Shown: positions 1 to 12,321 of the stretch, in pieces | Layout: every line of letters begins with the position of its first letter | Numbering within the stretch: position 1 is the stretch's first letter | Assembly (NCBI GenBank): GCA_025201805.1 | Contig: MU619258.1 | Coordinates: 143,455 to 207,454, forward strand | Source: Parasitella parasitica NRRL 2501 | Lineage: Eukaryota > Fungi > Mucoromycota | Reading direction: 5' to 3' | Length of the DNA stretch: 64,000 nt | Made by a program: the position numbers and the translations under genes | The notes under the pieces: generated by a model | Seen by the model: the letters and a program-made list of their open reading frames with translations, nothing else | What the model was told of the DNA's origin: nothing | Database searches by the model: none

Positions 1-710
1 TTCAACTTGAGTGAAAGTCTTACCATTGTAGACACCAACAATAGAACCAATCATCTCAGGGACAATGATCATGTTACGGAGATGAGTCTTAACAACCTCA
101 GGCTTTTCACCAGTAGGAGCGTTCTTCTTGGCAGCACGAAGCTTCTTGATGAGGCCCATGGGCTTACGCTTAAGACCACGTTGGAATCTTCTACGAGCAC
201 GGCAATGAACGAGCTCCATGAACTACATGTTTGTCTTGTTTAATCATCTCCGTTCCATCTAGTACAGCTTTTTATCTTTTACCTGTTCAGAAGACAAGTC
301 CAAGAGTTGATCGAGGTCAATGCCACGGTAGGTAAACTTACGGAAAGTTCTCTTTCTAGGAGTAGTTTGCTCGTCAGCCTGATAAAAAAAAAATGCAAAT
401 GTATATAAGTAAAGACTCTTTTTAAATACTGGGCTTGATACTAGATTTGTAAAGAAAGAAAGTGAATTGCTATTTTTTCTCCAGAGTATAAGCTTATAAG
501 TCTAGTTTTTTCTTTTTCCACAAATTTAAAGATTGGTGCTGCTCGGAATCATCCATTACTCCCAAACTACAGAAAACCCCACATCCATCGGTCATCGGTA
601 TAGGTCTATTGCTTTTTTTTAAATCCATACATTCATCCAATCTTGTCCATCGTCATCACTTTCTTTCTCATAACGCATTCGTATCATCCCCATCAAATAT
701 CACATACCAT
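1..710 (-). CDS. RPS15: 40S ribosomal protein S15 (uS19); 3' end runs off the window
   Basis: Manual minus-strand translation: a lone ATG at 710..708 followed by a GTATGT donor, exon ~378..283 ([32 protein letters not shown]), then exon ~222..1 ([33 protein letters not shown]...[31 protein letters not shown]). Confidence 0.96.
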
Positions 711-1365
711 CTTAAAGCACAAAAGGAAGGATTACTATGCTCTCAGTTTTCTTGGGTGTCAATGGTTGCGAAGCACACTGTCCGGTTATTGCAAAAATTG
801 ACCATCGCCTGTTTAATCAACTCTGTCCGGGCGGGATTGATTAAAGGATGGTTCACCTGTGGCGCTATGCACACTGATTACAGAAATAAAATCCCTTCAC
901 GTTTGGTCATAAAGACAACGGGCCAGTAAATGTTTAATGTGATGAACTTCGATTCTTTAAAGACGCTTGTGAGGTAAAATGACTGGAAATTCCAATTGGG
1001 ATCATCATCCAAACATGCAATTTCCGTCAAACAATGATACAATAGCAAGCTGTCTATCATTTTTCCATTCTGTAATAGACAATCTTGCAATGCGTAAAGG
1101 AAAGAAGGCAGATACTTGGTTTNNNNNNNNNNNNNNNNNNNNNNNNNNNNNNNNNNNNNNNNNNNNNNNNNNNNNNNNNNNNNNNNNNNNNNAATAAAAA
1201 CTAATAGTGCGTGTGTTTTCAAATCGCATTCATAGTGTAATTGAACCAGGTAAATTACTGGGATTGAAGAAGAGCAAATCAAGTGGAAACTAAAAGAAAT
1301 TTTCGTATTTCACGTCTCAGTTTTCTCTTATTAACATTTCTAAATCTACAAACTACAAACTGCAA

Positions 1366-1900
1366 ATGAAAGACTTGGATCCTCTTGCTGTAGGTGTATT
1401 TCTTATGACTAGCAGCACATCAATTAAACATAATACACGCTTAAATCATTTAGTTTACTGTTGAGCTTGGTCAATTTTACGAGAAGTCAAAGACAGCAGG
1501 CACTGTTTCTGTCACCATCAAAAGAAGTAGTGTTTTAATATTCCTTTGGTAGTTTACTTTACTAATAGTCTCTGTAGTGACCGCCGCAAAACTTATCAAG
1601 GCTTCCAAAATAAAGAAAGAAATGCCCAAAGGCGGTAGTGCAGTAGTCGCGAATACCGAAAATGACACTGTTGAATACCCTTGTCTCGTTCGTGCAGTTT
1701 ACAAAAAAAACAAGATCAGTACAATTGTAGGGAGATGACGAGAGTAGCTGGATACAGTGTCAACTAATTACAATCTTTCATAGATCGCTCCTGATGACTT
1801 TGACAAATTTCAAAACGCCTATAGCACAATCATTAGAGCCTACATGGACAGTTTAAAGAAGAAAGATCGTTCCAAAAAATTGAAGAAAGTAGCAAAATGA
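1366..1900 (+). CDS. SRP14: Signal recognition particle 14 kDa subunit (4 exons; not in the ORF track)
   Basis: Spliced translation MKDLDPLA/FTVELGQFYEKSKTAGTVSVTIKR/...EYPCLVRAVYKKNKISTI/IAPDDFDKFQNAYSTIIRAYMDSLKKKDRSKKLKKVAK*. The CLVRA..KIST and M..LKKKDR motifs are typical of SRP14. Confidence 0.92.
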
Positions 1901-2150
1901 TGAATAAAATAGAGAGAGAAAAAGAGATTATATACACCTGTCTATCGACAATATTACGTAATGACATGCTGCAGTGATATTTACGATTTCAAATGTTAAA
2001 TGGAGGATATTCAGCAGCGCAAGTGCAGGCTTTTTACTTGCAGACAAGGGATGAAGAGTTAGACGCGGGTAAACTAAAAATGACAATAGAAGGTAGAGAG
2101 TTTTGTGGTGGTTTTTATTATTCGACTGTGCAACATAGACCAACTGCTAA

Positions 2151-3145
2151 CTAATGGGGATTGACGATAGCCTCCACATCAGTATTGAAATAAAGAGAAA
2201 CCAAAGACCCAATCACTGATTTCTTGACATTGTCAGCATTAGCAGGTTTGATAGAGCTATCCTCCGCTACTTTATGCATGGCTTTACCCACTGTGTCGAC
2301 AGAATTGACTTGCTTCAAGCCAAATAAATTGCTAATGGGCTTGTAAAGGGTCACTAAAAGAGGCTCCATCAATCTTGGACGAGTACGAGGCTCCACGACT
2401 TCCAAAACTCCCGGACGGAAAATGGAAACTTTTTCAAATCCTGTTTCCGCTAATTTTTGTTCAGTTTGACCTTTGGTCTTGGTATACAAGAACAAGGAAT
2501 CCTTATTTGCGCCCTTGTTTATATTTAATGATATGCACTTGCGTTTTTCGAATCCTCTACACAACGTGTACTTACCATTGATGAGCAATAAAGGAAGTGT
2601 ACTGGGGCTAATTCCGAATTGGGTGGTTTATTTTCTTCTTGAATCAGTCTAGCAGAATTCAATACATATGTCTGATCAATCTTAACAAATTTCTGCGCAC
2701 TCCCAGCATCAGCGCGAGTCGAGGCAAGACAACAGAATACATCACTAGTTTATTGTTCGAATTAGATGACTAGAATGCACCTTTATGACGAATCTCACTT
2801 ACTTTACATTCTTGAAATCATCACGGTGAGCTTCAAGATTGTCAAAATCGACAGTTTTTTGCACCTAAATCATGCAAAAAAAGTTAAAGGCTTGACACAT
2901 GCCCAAGCTCCATTAAATGTTTACCAGTTTATCTTGAGGTATGCTCTCATCAAGTTCGACGGGACGTCTACCGACTGCAACAACTTTTGCGTATGTGCCA
3001 TTTTTCAAGACATCTTTCAAAACTTGTTTACCGACAGCACCTACTCCAAGTCAATGCCTTGGTATATACCCTTCTAAAATCAATCAAACAACTTACCAGT
3101 AGCACCAAATATTAAAGCAGTACGGCTCATGTTGCTTTCTGACAT
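2151..3145 (-). CDS. FMP52/TIP30 (HTATIP2)-like NAD(P)-binding Rossmann-fold protein, multi-exon
   Basis: N-terminus MSESNMSRTALIFGATG; VFCCLASTRADAGSA..FVKID; SLFLYTKTKGQTEQKL..GFEKVSIFRPGVL (YxxxK and IFRPG). Confidence 0.85.
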
Positions 3146-5816
3146 TATGTTTTCGAGAAAAATAAAAAGAAAAAGAATATTTTATAACAACTGTGAATAA
3201 TAACTGACAAGTGATACAGGCCAATTAGATCATAGCAAGAGCTGCAGCATTACGTTTCCTTCTTGATCGAAGATAAATCTTACGTGTTCAAATTTCTATA
3301 TATGGCATGCTTGGTTAGTTATCATTACTCTGTATAATGGTTGTGGCTTTGATGATTATGTAGTGGGAGACAACGACCGAAATACTGTTTAATTCATTGA
3401 ATACCATGCAGAATAGAACTCAACATTTTCAGATTTTCAACAATGGGTGAGAGAGAATGTGTCGATGATGTATTTAACTTTTTTTTTAAAAAAGTGTTCA
3501 AGTACCAATATATGCGTGTAATGCCACGACATGATGGTTATTGTAATTGGCGTATCATATATTCACATCATCACTGGCCATTGATAGCATTACGCATATA
3601 ATAACTGAATAAGGGTGGCTATTTTGTTCAAGAGCCAAGGTTTTACTAAAATTAGAGGGTAGACTAGAAGCAGGGTTTTTAAAAGATTTGATCTCGGAAA
3701 TGCGAGCATCATAAAGTCAGATATAATTTTGAGGTAGGTCAAGTAATCAAGCTTGAACTTGAAGAGACTATCAACATTATAAATTACGGGTTCACTTAAC
3801 TAATTGTGATGATTGAAAGCTCTGAAAAAACATACTATCATATTAAATCCGTTAACCCTCCCTTGATTTTGATCTTCTATTCTGCATATATTATAGTCTC
3901 TTAACGAGAAATTTTGTATCCTGGTAACTGCTAAAATGAATTTGATCTCTGAACTTGTATTTTTGATAGATTTGAATAATGGAAACAGTAATATGGATTT
4001 GAATGATATTTTTCATTGAATATTTCANNNNNNNNNNAAAAAAAAAAAAAAAAAAAAAAAAAAAGTAGTATTAACGCAACAAACGTTATGAGTATTAGTG
4101 TAATTGTATGATATTTAAGCACTTATCAAATGCTGTACATTGCAATCAAAAATTCTATAAAAATCTCTAGTTATGCACGATTGAAGAAAAAAACGTTTTT
4201 TTACATAAAGTCTATGTTATGCCTAAATTAACTGTTGAAATTAAAGTGAACCGGCATAATTTCGACTAATATTTGCTATTGTTGAGGTTTGTGTTGTCCT
4301 ATCCTGATATGAAAAACTGTTGAAAATCAATACGTCAGATAGTAAATATTAGTACTGAAGCCCCATTTAGAATGGTTCTAAGCATTAGGTTTCGTCAGAA
4401 CGAGCATTAAAGATATGAAAAACAAATAAATTGGAGAAAGGAAAAAAAGGCTTGTACTAGAATGCTATTATCTCGTACTCTACGGAGCATTCTACTGATT
4501 CATTACTGTCTACTTGAAAACACTCGTCAGTTATCATCAATTTGCATATAATAATACTTTGTTCGTAGACAGATCGCTTTTTAGCGTGATTGCACCATGC
4601 ACCAAAATTTAATTTATTGTCTGTGCAATCTCATTCCAGACCACATTACAGGAAAACAAGATATGTGTGAAAAAAGAGCCATCCTTTATAATTTTTGGAA
4701 ATCACGTACTCTTTAAAATTACAGGCGAAACTCGACACTGAAATATACACGAATAATTGCTGATGCCATGCGTCTTAGAACTACAGACATGGTATATTAT
4801 TTACTGTATCCTTTTACCTACTCAAAAAAAATTCATTATCAATTGCCTGTTCGAAAACTATAGAGGCATAGGTACAACCACATGAAAACTAGTGAAATTC
4901 GGAAAAATGACCATCTGATTATAGAATCTGATTTACTATTATTAGAACTTTTCCTACAAGAAGAGAGCAAATCGTACTTGAGATGTGTACAAATTTCGTC
5001 CAGCTATTGCATGGACAATTTACAAAAATGTGCCTTGCATTATTCGGATACATTTTCAATCGCGTCGGCTAAAAATCACTAGCATTGATATGTCTTACAT
5101 AGGCATACGGATTGCATCATAGTCAAACAAACTGATCACAAAAGAATAAGACATTATTCATCTGGTTACATACTATGAAAATTGATGTAGAGGCTAACTG
5201 CTTCATTATAGCGCATAGACTATGATTGGAATGATTCACGTCCATTATTGTTTGGATTAGCTTTTAAAAAATACAGGTCTCGAATATACATATACATATA
5301 CATATATGGATTTTTGTTGGTTTACAATATAAACTATACAGCAACGAGGTTTTTGATCCATCAACTTGTTTATCTCATGAGTTCTGAAATGATATTATAT
5401 TGTATAAACTTTGTCAAAGTATTAGAAAGTAGTTTAAATTTCTGGATAGCTGCATATGTTTTGTTTCCGTAAACATTCATTGCAACGCAGGCCTTTGTTT
5501 AAATATGTTAATTTCCATCTGAATCAATTTTAATTCAACAAAATCACTGCTTAGTTACAGGCCAATCATCATTTTAAGCCTTGCGTTGTCACTTGAAGCA
5601 CTATTTTGTTTATAAGGTATGCAAGGAACACTAGCTTTCACAAAGAATGCACGGAAATTTGAAAATTTTAATCTGCCATCTACACAATAATGTATAGTAA
5701 ATGGATCAAACGATTCAATAAGCATATATATATACCAGATAAAAATATGCGTTCCTAAACGTTTTACCCTTTTAATTTTTCAGTAGTCAACAGATCTTAA
5801 ATCCATACAACAAAAA

Positions 5817-6580
5817 ATGAAGTTCCTTGCACTTACCGCTATTGCCGCTGCCGCTGTTGCCGTTTCTGCCACTCCTGCTGGCCACATGAAGTAATGATTC
5901 AATATAAAATAAAACATAGAAGTTCTTAATCATTGTTTCCACATGTAAAATAGTTTAGCCAAGCGTGCTGCGATTGCTACTCAAACACTGGTCCGAAATG
6001 GAAGTACATTTGTTCAAGTTATCGATGCAACTATTGCCGAGACTATTGCTTTCACCACTGTCACCAAGACTGTAACTGCCACTGAAACTGATGCTACCTT
6101 TGTTTGTAAGTATCCTCATTTTCCGAAAAATCGCAAAACATTTATCATTCCACCAATATAGTCTCCTACTCTGGTGACGATAGCTCTATCATCTCAAGAC
6201 TCTCATCTGCCCTCTCTGACATTATCGTTGGTGATGATGAATCTTCCAGCGATGAGTCTTCCAGTGAAGAATCTTCCAGTGAGGAATCATCCAGCGAGGA
6301 ATCGTCTAGCGAAGAGTCTTCCAGCGAGGAATCATCCAGCGAGGAATCGTCTAGTGAAGAGTCATCTAGCGAAGAATCATCCAGCGAGGAGTCATCCAGC
6401 GAGGAATCGTCCAGCGAGGAATCATCCAGCGAGGAATCATCCAGCGAGGAGTCATCTAGCGAAGAGTCATCTAGCGAGGAGTCATCCAGCGAAGAAACTA
6501 CCAGTGAAGAAACCACCAGCGAAGAAACCACCAGCGAAGAAACCACCAGCGAAGAAACTACTACCCCCTTGATTCTCTAG
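5817..6580 (+). CDS. Secreted acidic Ser/Glu-repeat protein, copy A (3 exons)
   Basis: Signal peptide MKFLALTAIAAAAVAVSA; LAKR (Kex2-like site); Thr-rich segment; then SSSDE + 16x SSSEE + 4x TTSEE; stop TAG at 6578..6580. GT-AG introns are at the same positions as in copy B. Confidence 0.85.
6242..6556 (+). repeat. 15-bp coding tandem repeat (SSSEE/TTSEE), ~21 units
   Basis: Units such as tcatccagcgaggaa, varying mostly at synonymous third positions. Confidence 0.97.
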
Positions 6581-6728
6581 GCCTCATATATAGAGCACTA
6601 CATTTTAGAAATTACAGTACTTGATAAAATAAAAACATTATATAAAATCAAACCTTTCAATTTTATTATTATACAGTTCAAATTTTTGATAATAATCAAA
6701 GCACATTTTTACGTATACGTGGAAACTA

Positions 6729-8420
6729 TCTCTTATATTAAAATGATAGAAATCGTAAAAAACAGTCCTCAGCGCTTAAAATTGAATCGTAAAAAACAGT
6801 CCTCAGCGCTTAAAGTTGAATCGTAAAAAACAGTCATATTTTTTCATTCAATGCCATCTTTCATGCACCAAGTGTTACAGTTAAAAGATGGCCATACTGC
6901 TCACTCAAGATTTGGAATTTTTCTTATTAACTGCAATGATTCATCTGTGTGTTCTTTGAGACCAAGATCTCTTGGAAAAAGCCTTATTTATCTAGGATGA
7001 AGCATCGATGAACAGCCGTGATGTTCTCGAAACAGTAGACAGGACATTTAAAGATGTCATGAAGCAATATTTAAATAGACGAAAGACAGGCAGATTTTCC
7101 CTTTGGAGGAAAATTTATTGTATTTGTTGGCAATTTTGGTCAAATTTTACCTATGGTTCCTCATGGCAGTAAAAAAGAAATCATTCAAGCATGCATTCTG
7201 ACCTCAAATCTTTGGCTGCATGTACAAGTACTCAGCTTAACAACAAGCATGAGAGATTAGCAAGCCATGTCATTACATAACGCTGCATTGGCCACCTCAT
7301 TACAAAATTTTTGCTGATTTCTTGCTTGCTATTGGCAATGGCTCCTTCCCTATTCAGCCCAACACAGCTGACTTGATTCGTATTCCGTAATANNNNNNNN
7401 NNNNNNNNNNNNNNNNNNNNNNNNNNNNNNNNNNNNNNNNNNNNNNNNNNNNNNNNNNNNNNNNNNNNNNNNNNNNNNNNNNNNNNNNNNNNNNNNNNNN
7501 NNNNNNNNNNNNNNNNNNNNNNNNNNNNNNNNNNNNNNNNNNNNNNNNNNNNNNNNNNNNNNNNNNNNNNNNNNNNNNNNNNNNNNNNNNNNNNNNNNNN
7601 NNNNNNNNNNNNNNNNNNNNNNNNNNNNNNNNNNNNNNNNNNNNNNNNNNNNNNNNNNNNNNNNNNNNNNNNNNNNNNNNNNNNNNNNNNNNTCTCAACT
7701 GTGGTAGTCTTCCACCTCACCAGCTCAAGTTGAAAATTGGCTCGCCAATCATGATGCTCAGAAACATCGATCCTGCTCATGGTGTTTACCGTATAATGGT
7801 ACAAGGCTTATTTGTCGAGCATCCACAAGGAACACTATCCAGGCTGAAGTTGCAACTGGAACTTATCAACGCAATGTTGTGCTCATACCCAGAGTTACCT
7901 TTAAACTCGATAGTTGAGCAAGTCGTCGTAGAATTCAAGCGTTGTCAGTTCCCTGTCAGACCAGCTTTTGCCATGACGATAAATAAATCGCAAGGTCAAA
8001 CTCTGGACTTTGTAGGGCTGTATATTCCTGTCTCAATTTTCTCGCATGGCCAATTATATGTCGCTCTATCTCGAGTTAAAAGGCCAGATGACATCTCAAT
8101 TATCATCAACCCCAAGCCAAGAAGGAGTATATGTACATCAAACGTTGTCTATACTGAGATTTTTCAAAATTAACCAACTTCGAGGATTTAAACAAAAAAT
8201 ACCAAATAATCATAATAAATCGTATCTTTATACAATACGTAAATGTTATTTCCACTCATTGTTTCTTATTTCGTTTGATTTAGCACTGTGTTAAGTGGGA
8301 CAGCCCGCTGCAGGCGCGAGCTGTGTACCCCCCAATAAGAACGAAGGTCGGAAAATATCACCGTAGCGAAGCGAAGGTCGATTATTTTCACCGTAGTTCG
8401 GGGGGGTGTATAAAAGCTCG
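6729..8420 (+). mobile_element. Internally deleted, non-autonomous Helitron with a degraded PIF1 helicase
   Basis: 5' end A|TCTCTTATATT at 6729; 3' GC-rich stem (TACCCCCC...GGGGGGTGTA) then CTCG|T at 8420, consistent with an A^T target. Helicase remnants TAHSRF, DEASM, FGGK, LKIGSPIMMLRNIDP, QFPVRPAFAMTINKSQGQTL, FSHGQLYVALSRV, NVVYTEIF, with frameshifts. N gap at ~7393..7692. Confidence 0.88.
6752..6836 (+). repeat. ~34-bp tandem repeat (aatcgtaaaaaacagtcctcagcgcttaaa[a/g]ttg) x2.5 near the Helitron 5' end
   Basis: Read directly from the sequence. Confidence 0.9.
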
Positions 8421-8777
8421 TAGGAAATTAAATTTTAGCATTTAAATTATATTGCAATCTGACATTGCATAAATATACTGTTCCGCAAATATGTACAGGC
8501 TAGGAAAATAAATAGCACCTTGAAAACATTGCTTGATGTATATAATCTATTTTATTACAAACTGCACCGTTCCATCGAAAGCTACTCTGCTCAGTCGATA
8601 CTAAAAACTCGTTTGTTTTTTTTTCTGAAGTAGTCTGCATTTTCAACTACAAATGTTGCTATTTCGTCCATGTTTTACATTCTTGCAACCTGAATTAGCT
8701 ATATAAATGACTGAGAACATCCTCCATTTTACGACATTCAAAGCATCCGTTCTCTTATATCCAGTCTTTTTATACCA

Positions 8778-9556
8778 ATGAAGTTCCTTACTCTCTCTGC
8801 TGTTGTTGCCCTTGCTGCATGTGTTTCTGCCAAGCCCGCTGGTCACGTCGAGTAAGTTGGCATTTTCTGTAGTTGGTAGATCAGCAATTTACTTTAAACA
8901 TTTGCAGTTTGGCTAAGCGTGCTATCATTGCTACCCAAACTTTGGTCGTCGATGGCACTACTCAAGTTCATGTAATTGATGCTGTCGAGGCCACTGTTAA
9001 TGAAATTACCACCGTTACCAAGACTGTTACTGAGACTGAGACTGATGCCACCTATGTCTGTGAGTATTTGACAACAAAAAATATCCAAACATAATTTTAA
9101 TAACTATGCTTGGTAGTCTCTTACTCTGGTGATGATTCTTCCATTATCTCTAGACTCTCATCTGCCCTCTCTGACATTATCGTTGGCGAATCCTCCGGCG
9201 AAGAGTCTTCCAGTGAGGAGTCATCCAGCGAGGAATCCTCCAGCGAAGAGTCATCTAGTGAGGAATCATCTAGCGAGGAATCATCCAGTGAGGAATCTTC
9301 TAGCGAGGAATCTTCTAGCGAGGAATCATCCAGCGAGGAATCATCCAGTGAGGAATCTTCTAGCGAGGAATCTTCTAGCGAGGAATCTTCTAGCGAGGAA
9401 TCATCCAGCGAGGAGTCATCCAGCGAGGAGTCATCTAGCGAAGAGTCATCTAGCGAGGAGTCTTCCAGCGAAGAAACTACCAGTGAAGAAACCACCAGCG
9501 AAGAAACTACTACCAGCGAAGAAACTACCAGCGAAGAGACCACCGCCGCCGCTTAA
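8778..9556 (+). CDS. Secreted acidic Ser/Glu-repeat protein, copy B (3 exons)
   Basis: Signal MKFLTLSAVVALAACVSA; LAKRAIIATQTLVVDG...; SYSGDDSSIISRLSSALSDIIVG; 18x SSSEE, then TTSEE units; ends TTAAA*. Confidence 0.88.
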
Positions 9557-9889
9557 GCTGCGCCTTAATTCTCCAGGTCTCATATTTAGAAAGCACTACA
9601 CTTTACCAATAATTTATTATAGAATTAATAAAATAAATCGCCTCGATTGTTTGTTTCTTGACTCTTTTAACAGTGAAATTGCTTGTCCTCGCTATTGCTG
9701 ATGCCGCGAGAAATTGTCCGCCAAGTCTTCAAGCCAAGCTTCGTCCAACGATAGACCTTGATTAAGCTGCAAACAATTTGCTTGAATAGATTCAGCATCA
9801 AATACAAGGGGCTCACCAGTATAAGTGCCGGTTGTGTTTATTTGCGAATCAGGAATGCTTGCCAAAAGCGGAATCATTGGCTTTTCTGG

Positions 9890-9920
<31 letters not shown>

Positions 9921-9950
9921 CTCTTTGTTTTTTGAAATACACAACAAAAA

Positions 9951-12129
9951 ATGTTTCGTTTTGACTCTTTCAGAAAGTCGACTGCAGCAAGCGACAACGA
10001 GCAGGATCCTCTCTCAAGCTCACTGCCGACAGCCAATCTACTGCAGAGAATAAGTAGCTCTGATGCAGAAACACGCTCGCTGTTAAAACAAAGACCAGCT
10101 ACCCTATCAAAAAGTGTCTCGACTTCATCATCTTCCAGTCCAAGCAGCAATAAATTGAACATGGCCTCCTTCTCTATACCTATGCCCGCCAATTCATGGG
10201 GCATGTTAGCTCTGTCTCGCCTACAAGATACCCAAGAAAGTGAGCTCGACGATATTGTTAATCTTTTGCTGAATAAAGATGAGGTAATATATATATGTAT
10301 ATATGTATATATAGAAAATAACAAAAAATCAACACTTTCTAATCTCCCAATGTTTGCCATAGGCCGTGCTGCTATTGCCAGTATCGACGCCATCGCATCC
10401 ATCGGCATTGGTAGATCGTGAGTTCATTATGGACCACATTATCGTATACAACGACGTCAACCAGGTTATCTCATTAAGAGGTGTTCGAGGCATGTTTCAA
10501 AAGGACCAACTTATAGCACTGGGGCTATTGCCATCAGACGGCGAGATATCCAGGCTGGTAAACAACTCAACCTCCAAAAAAGCACTGTTTGATACATTCA
10601 ACCTGGACCCTTCCTCGATTACACCAGACCACCCAAAATACAATATCCTTGCCAGCCACGTTCGATTACCACTGCGCGATGACAAGCTGATCACGGTCAT
10701 GCTGATACAAAAGCCATTGTCGAGGCAGGATATCGTTGAATGGACAGAAGCCAAAGCAAAGAATGTCAAGGACATTGGATCTCCATTGGCTGATGCGTGC
10801 AGTGCAAAGGTGGATCAATTCATTGAAAAGTATAAAAAGAACCCACCAAGAACCCCTAATTCATCTAGTAGCCAGTTACTCGATTTTCTCGATGATTTAA
10901 GAGACACAACTATTCACGACGACGACACAGATAGACTCGACAACATTGAGACTTACATTTGCACCCAGCTATACGACCAGTTTTTTACAAATTCAGAGGG
11001 CGACGAGGCAATGCAAGACGAGGCGCTTGAATCTCGAATTGCAGCGCTGAATCTGTTGGATTTGGACCTGCAACATTTAGGTGTAACAATCGAGAGCGAG
11101 CAGGACAATGAGCATTTGGCACAAATAGTCAAGGGTGCCGGCACACAACTGCAGCAGCTAAACATCATCATGGGCGCAAAAGAAAAGCTGGAAGCACTCG
11201 TCAGAACGCATGAAATCATTGTCAACGCAATCGAGGAATTTGCAGAGAAGCACCGCCACGCAACTCGACTGGATTCGAGCGCTGAAGTGGTCCAGGAAAT
11301 GAAACAAGCCATGTCCTCATTTGAAGAAGAAAAGCCGTTATCGTCGGTCAATGCTGATGTGCTTTTGCCCATATTGATATTCACCATAGTCAAGTCGAAC
11401 CCGACGAATTTCGTATCGAATCTCAAATTCATACAAAGATACCGTAGGCCAGAGGTGCTGTCGTCGGGACAGACAAGCTACTGTTTGACAAACATGATGG
11501 CTGCAGTGTCGTTTCTGGAGACCACGAATCTGGTTGGGCTGGGTTTGTCTGCTGACAGAGTGTTCAGCCATGTCACTGATCTGAACGCTACAAAAGCGCC
11601 CAAACAGCCGCAGCAACCAAACGCCGGGTTGAAAATTGTAGCTGATGTGGTGGACAGCTCTTACAAAGTTTTTGATGGCCTTGGTAAATTTTGGCAAAGA
11701 AACACCCAAGAGTTGGAGAACAAGACAGTGTCCGGTATTGTGGACCAAGTAAAAGACCGAGTGAGAAAGACGAGCAATGCTGCATTGCTAAAGAGCGAAA
11801 TGAAGGAGTTGTCCGCCACGTCAACTTGTTCGTCGGTGTCGTCTTTACCCAGTTTCATGGAAGATCGTACGAATAGTAGGACGAAAAAGGTAAACAGTGA
11901 GAAAACGGATGATCGATTATGTAATACAAACATCTCTTTTTTTTTTTTTTTTTNNNNNNNNNNNNNNNNNNNNNNNNNNNNNNNNNNNNNNNNNNNNNNN
12001 NNNNNNNNNNNNNNNNNNNNNNNNNNNNAGGCAAAGTCCGTAGATGAGCTCAAGATTGGCGAGATAACCGAGCTGCTAGCAGACTACAAAAGACTGGCAG
12101 CTATTATCAAACAGGCAAACCTTGCATAA
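9951..12129 (+). CDS. VPS9-domain Rab5 guanine nucleotide exchange factor
   Basis: ORFs 9951.. and 10366..12129 are joined by an intron at ~10284..10363. VPS9 motifs ADVLLPILIFTIVKSNP, SNLKFIQRYR and SYCLTNMMAAVSFLET; C-terminal ELKIGEITELLADYKRL. N gap near the 3' end. Confidence 0.9.
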
Positions 12130-12321
12130 AATAAAATTAAAACGTAAATATGTTTCCACGGAAAAAGGTCGAGGCCCTTTTCTTTTTTTTTATTAGTCCC
12201 TCCCATATAAATAGGGAAAGGGGGGGGGGGAGGAGGACAAAAGAGGAGTGTAAGGGCGTTCATCTCTTTTTTTTTTTTTTTTTTTTTTTCCTCCTTCTCC
12301 TTCTCTTTGTTGATATTCAAT

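Noticed and set aside
7-243. 78-aa plus-strand ORF, and similar antisense ORFs over VPS9, SREBP, PRP43, WDR81-like and the kinase
   Set aside because: They are antisense or off-frame shadows of well-supported genes.
380-707. Intronic C/D snoRNA in RPS15 intron 1 (GTGATGA at ~659..653, minus strand)
   Set aside because: No matching CTGA D box at a suitable distance within the intron, and no terminal stem seen.
6166-6572. ORF-track proteins with DDSSL repeats (-) and RNHPA repeats (+), also at 9121..9701
   Set aside because: These are shadow frames of the 15-bp repeat. Only the SSSEE frame splices to a signal peptide and shows synonymous variation.
6242-9540. Regular short repeats as a CRISPR array
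   Set aside because: No unique spacers; the repeats are coding units in a eukaryotic gene.
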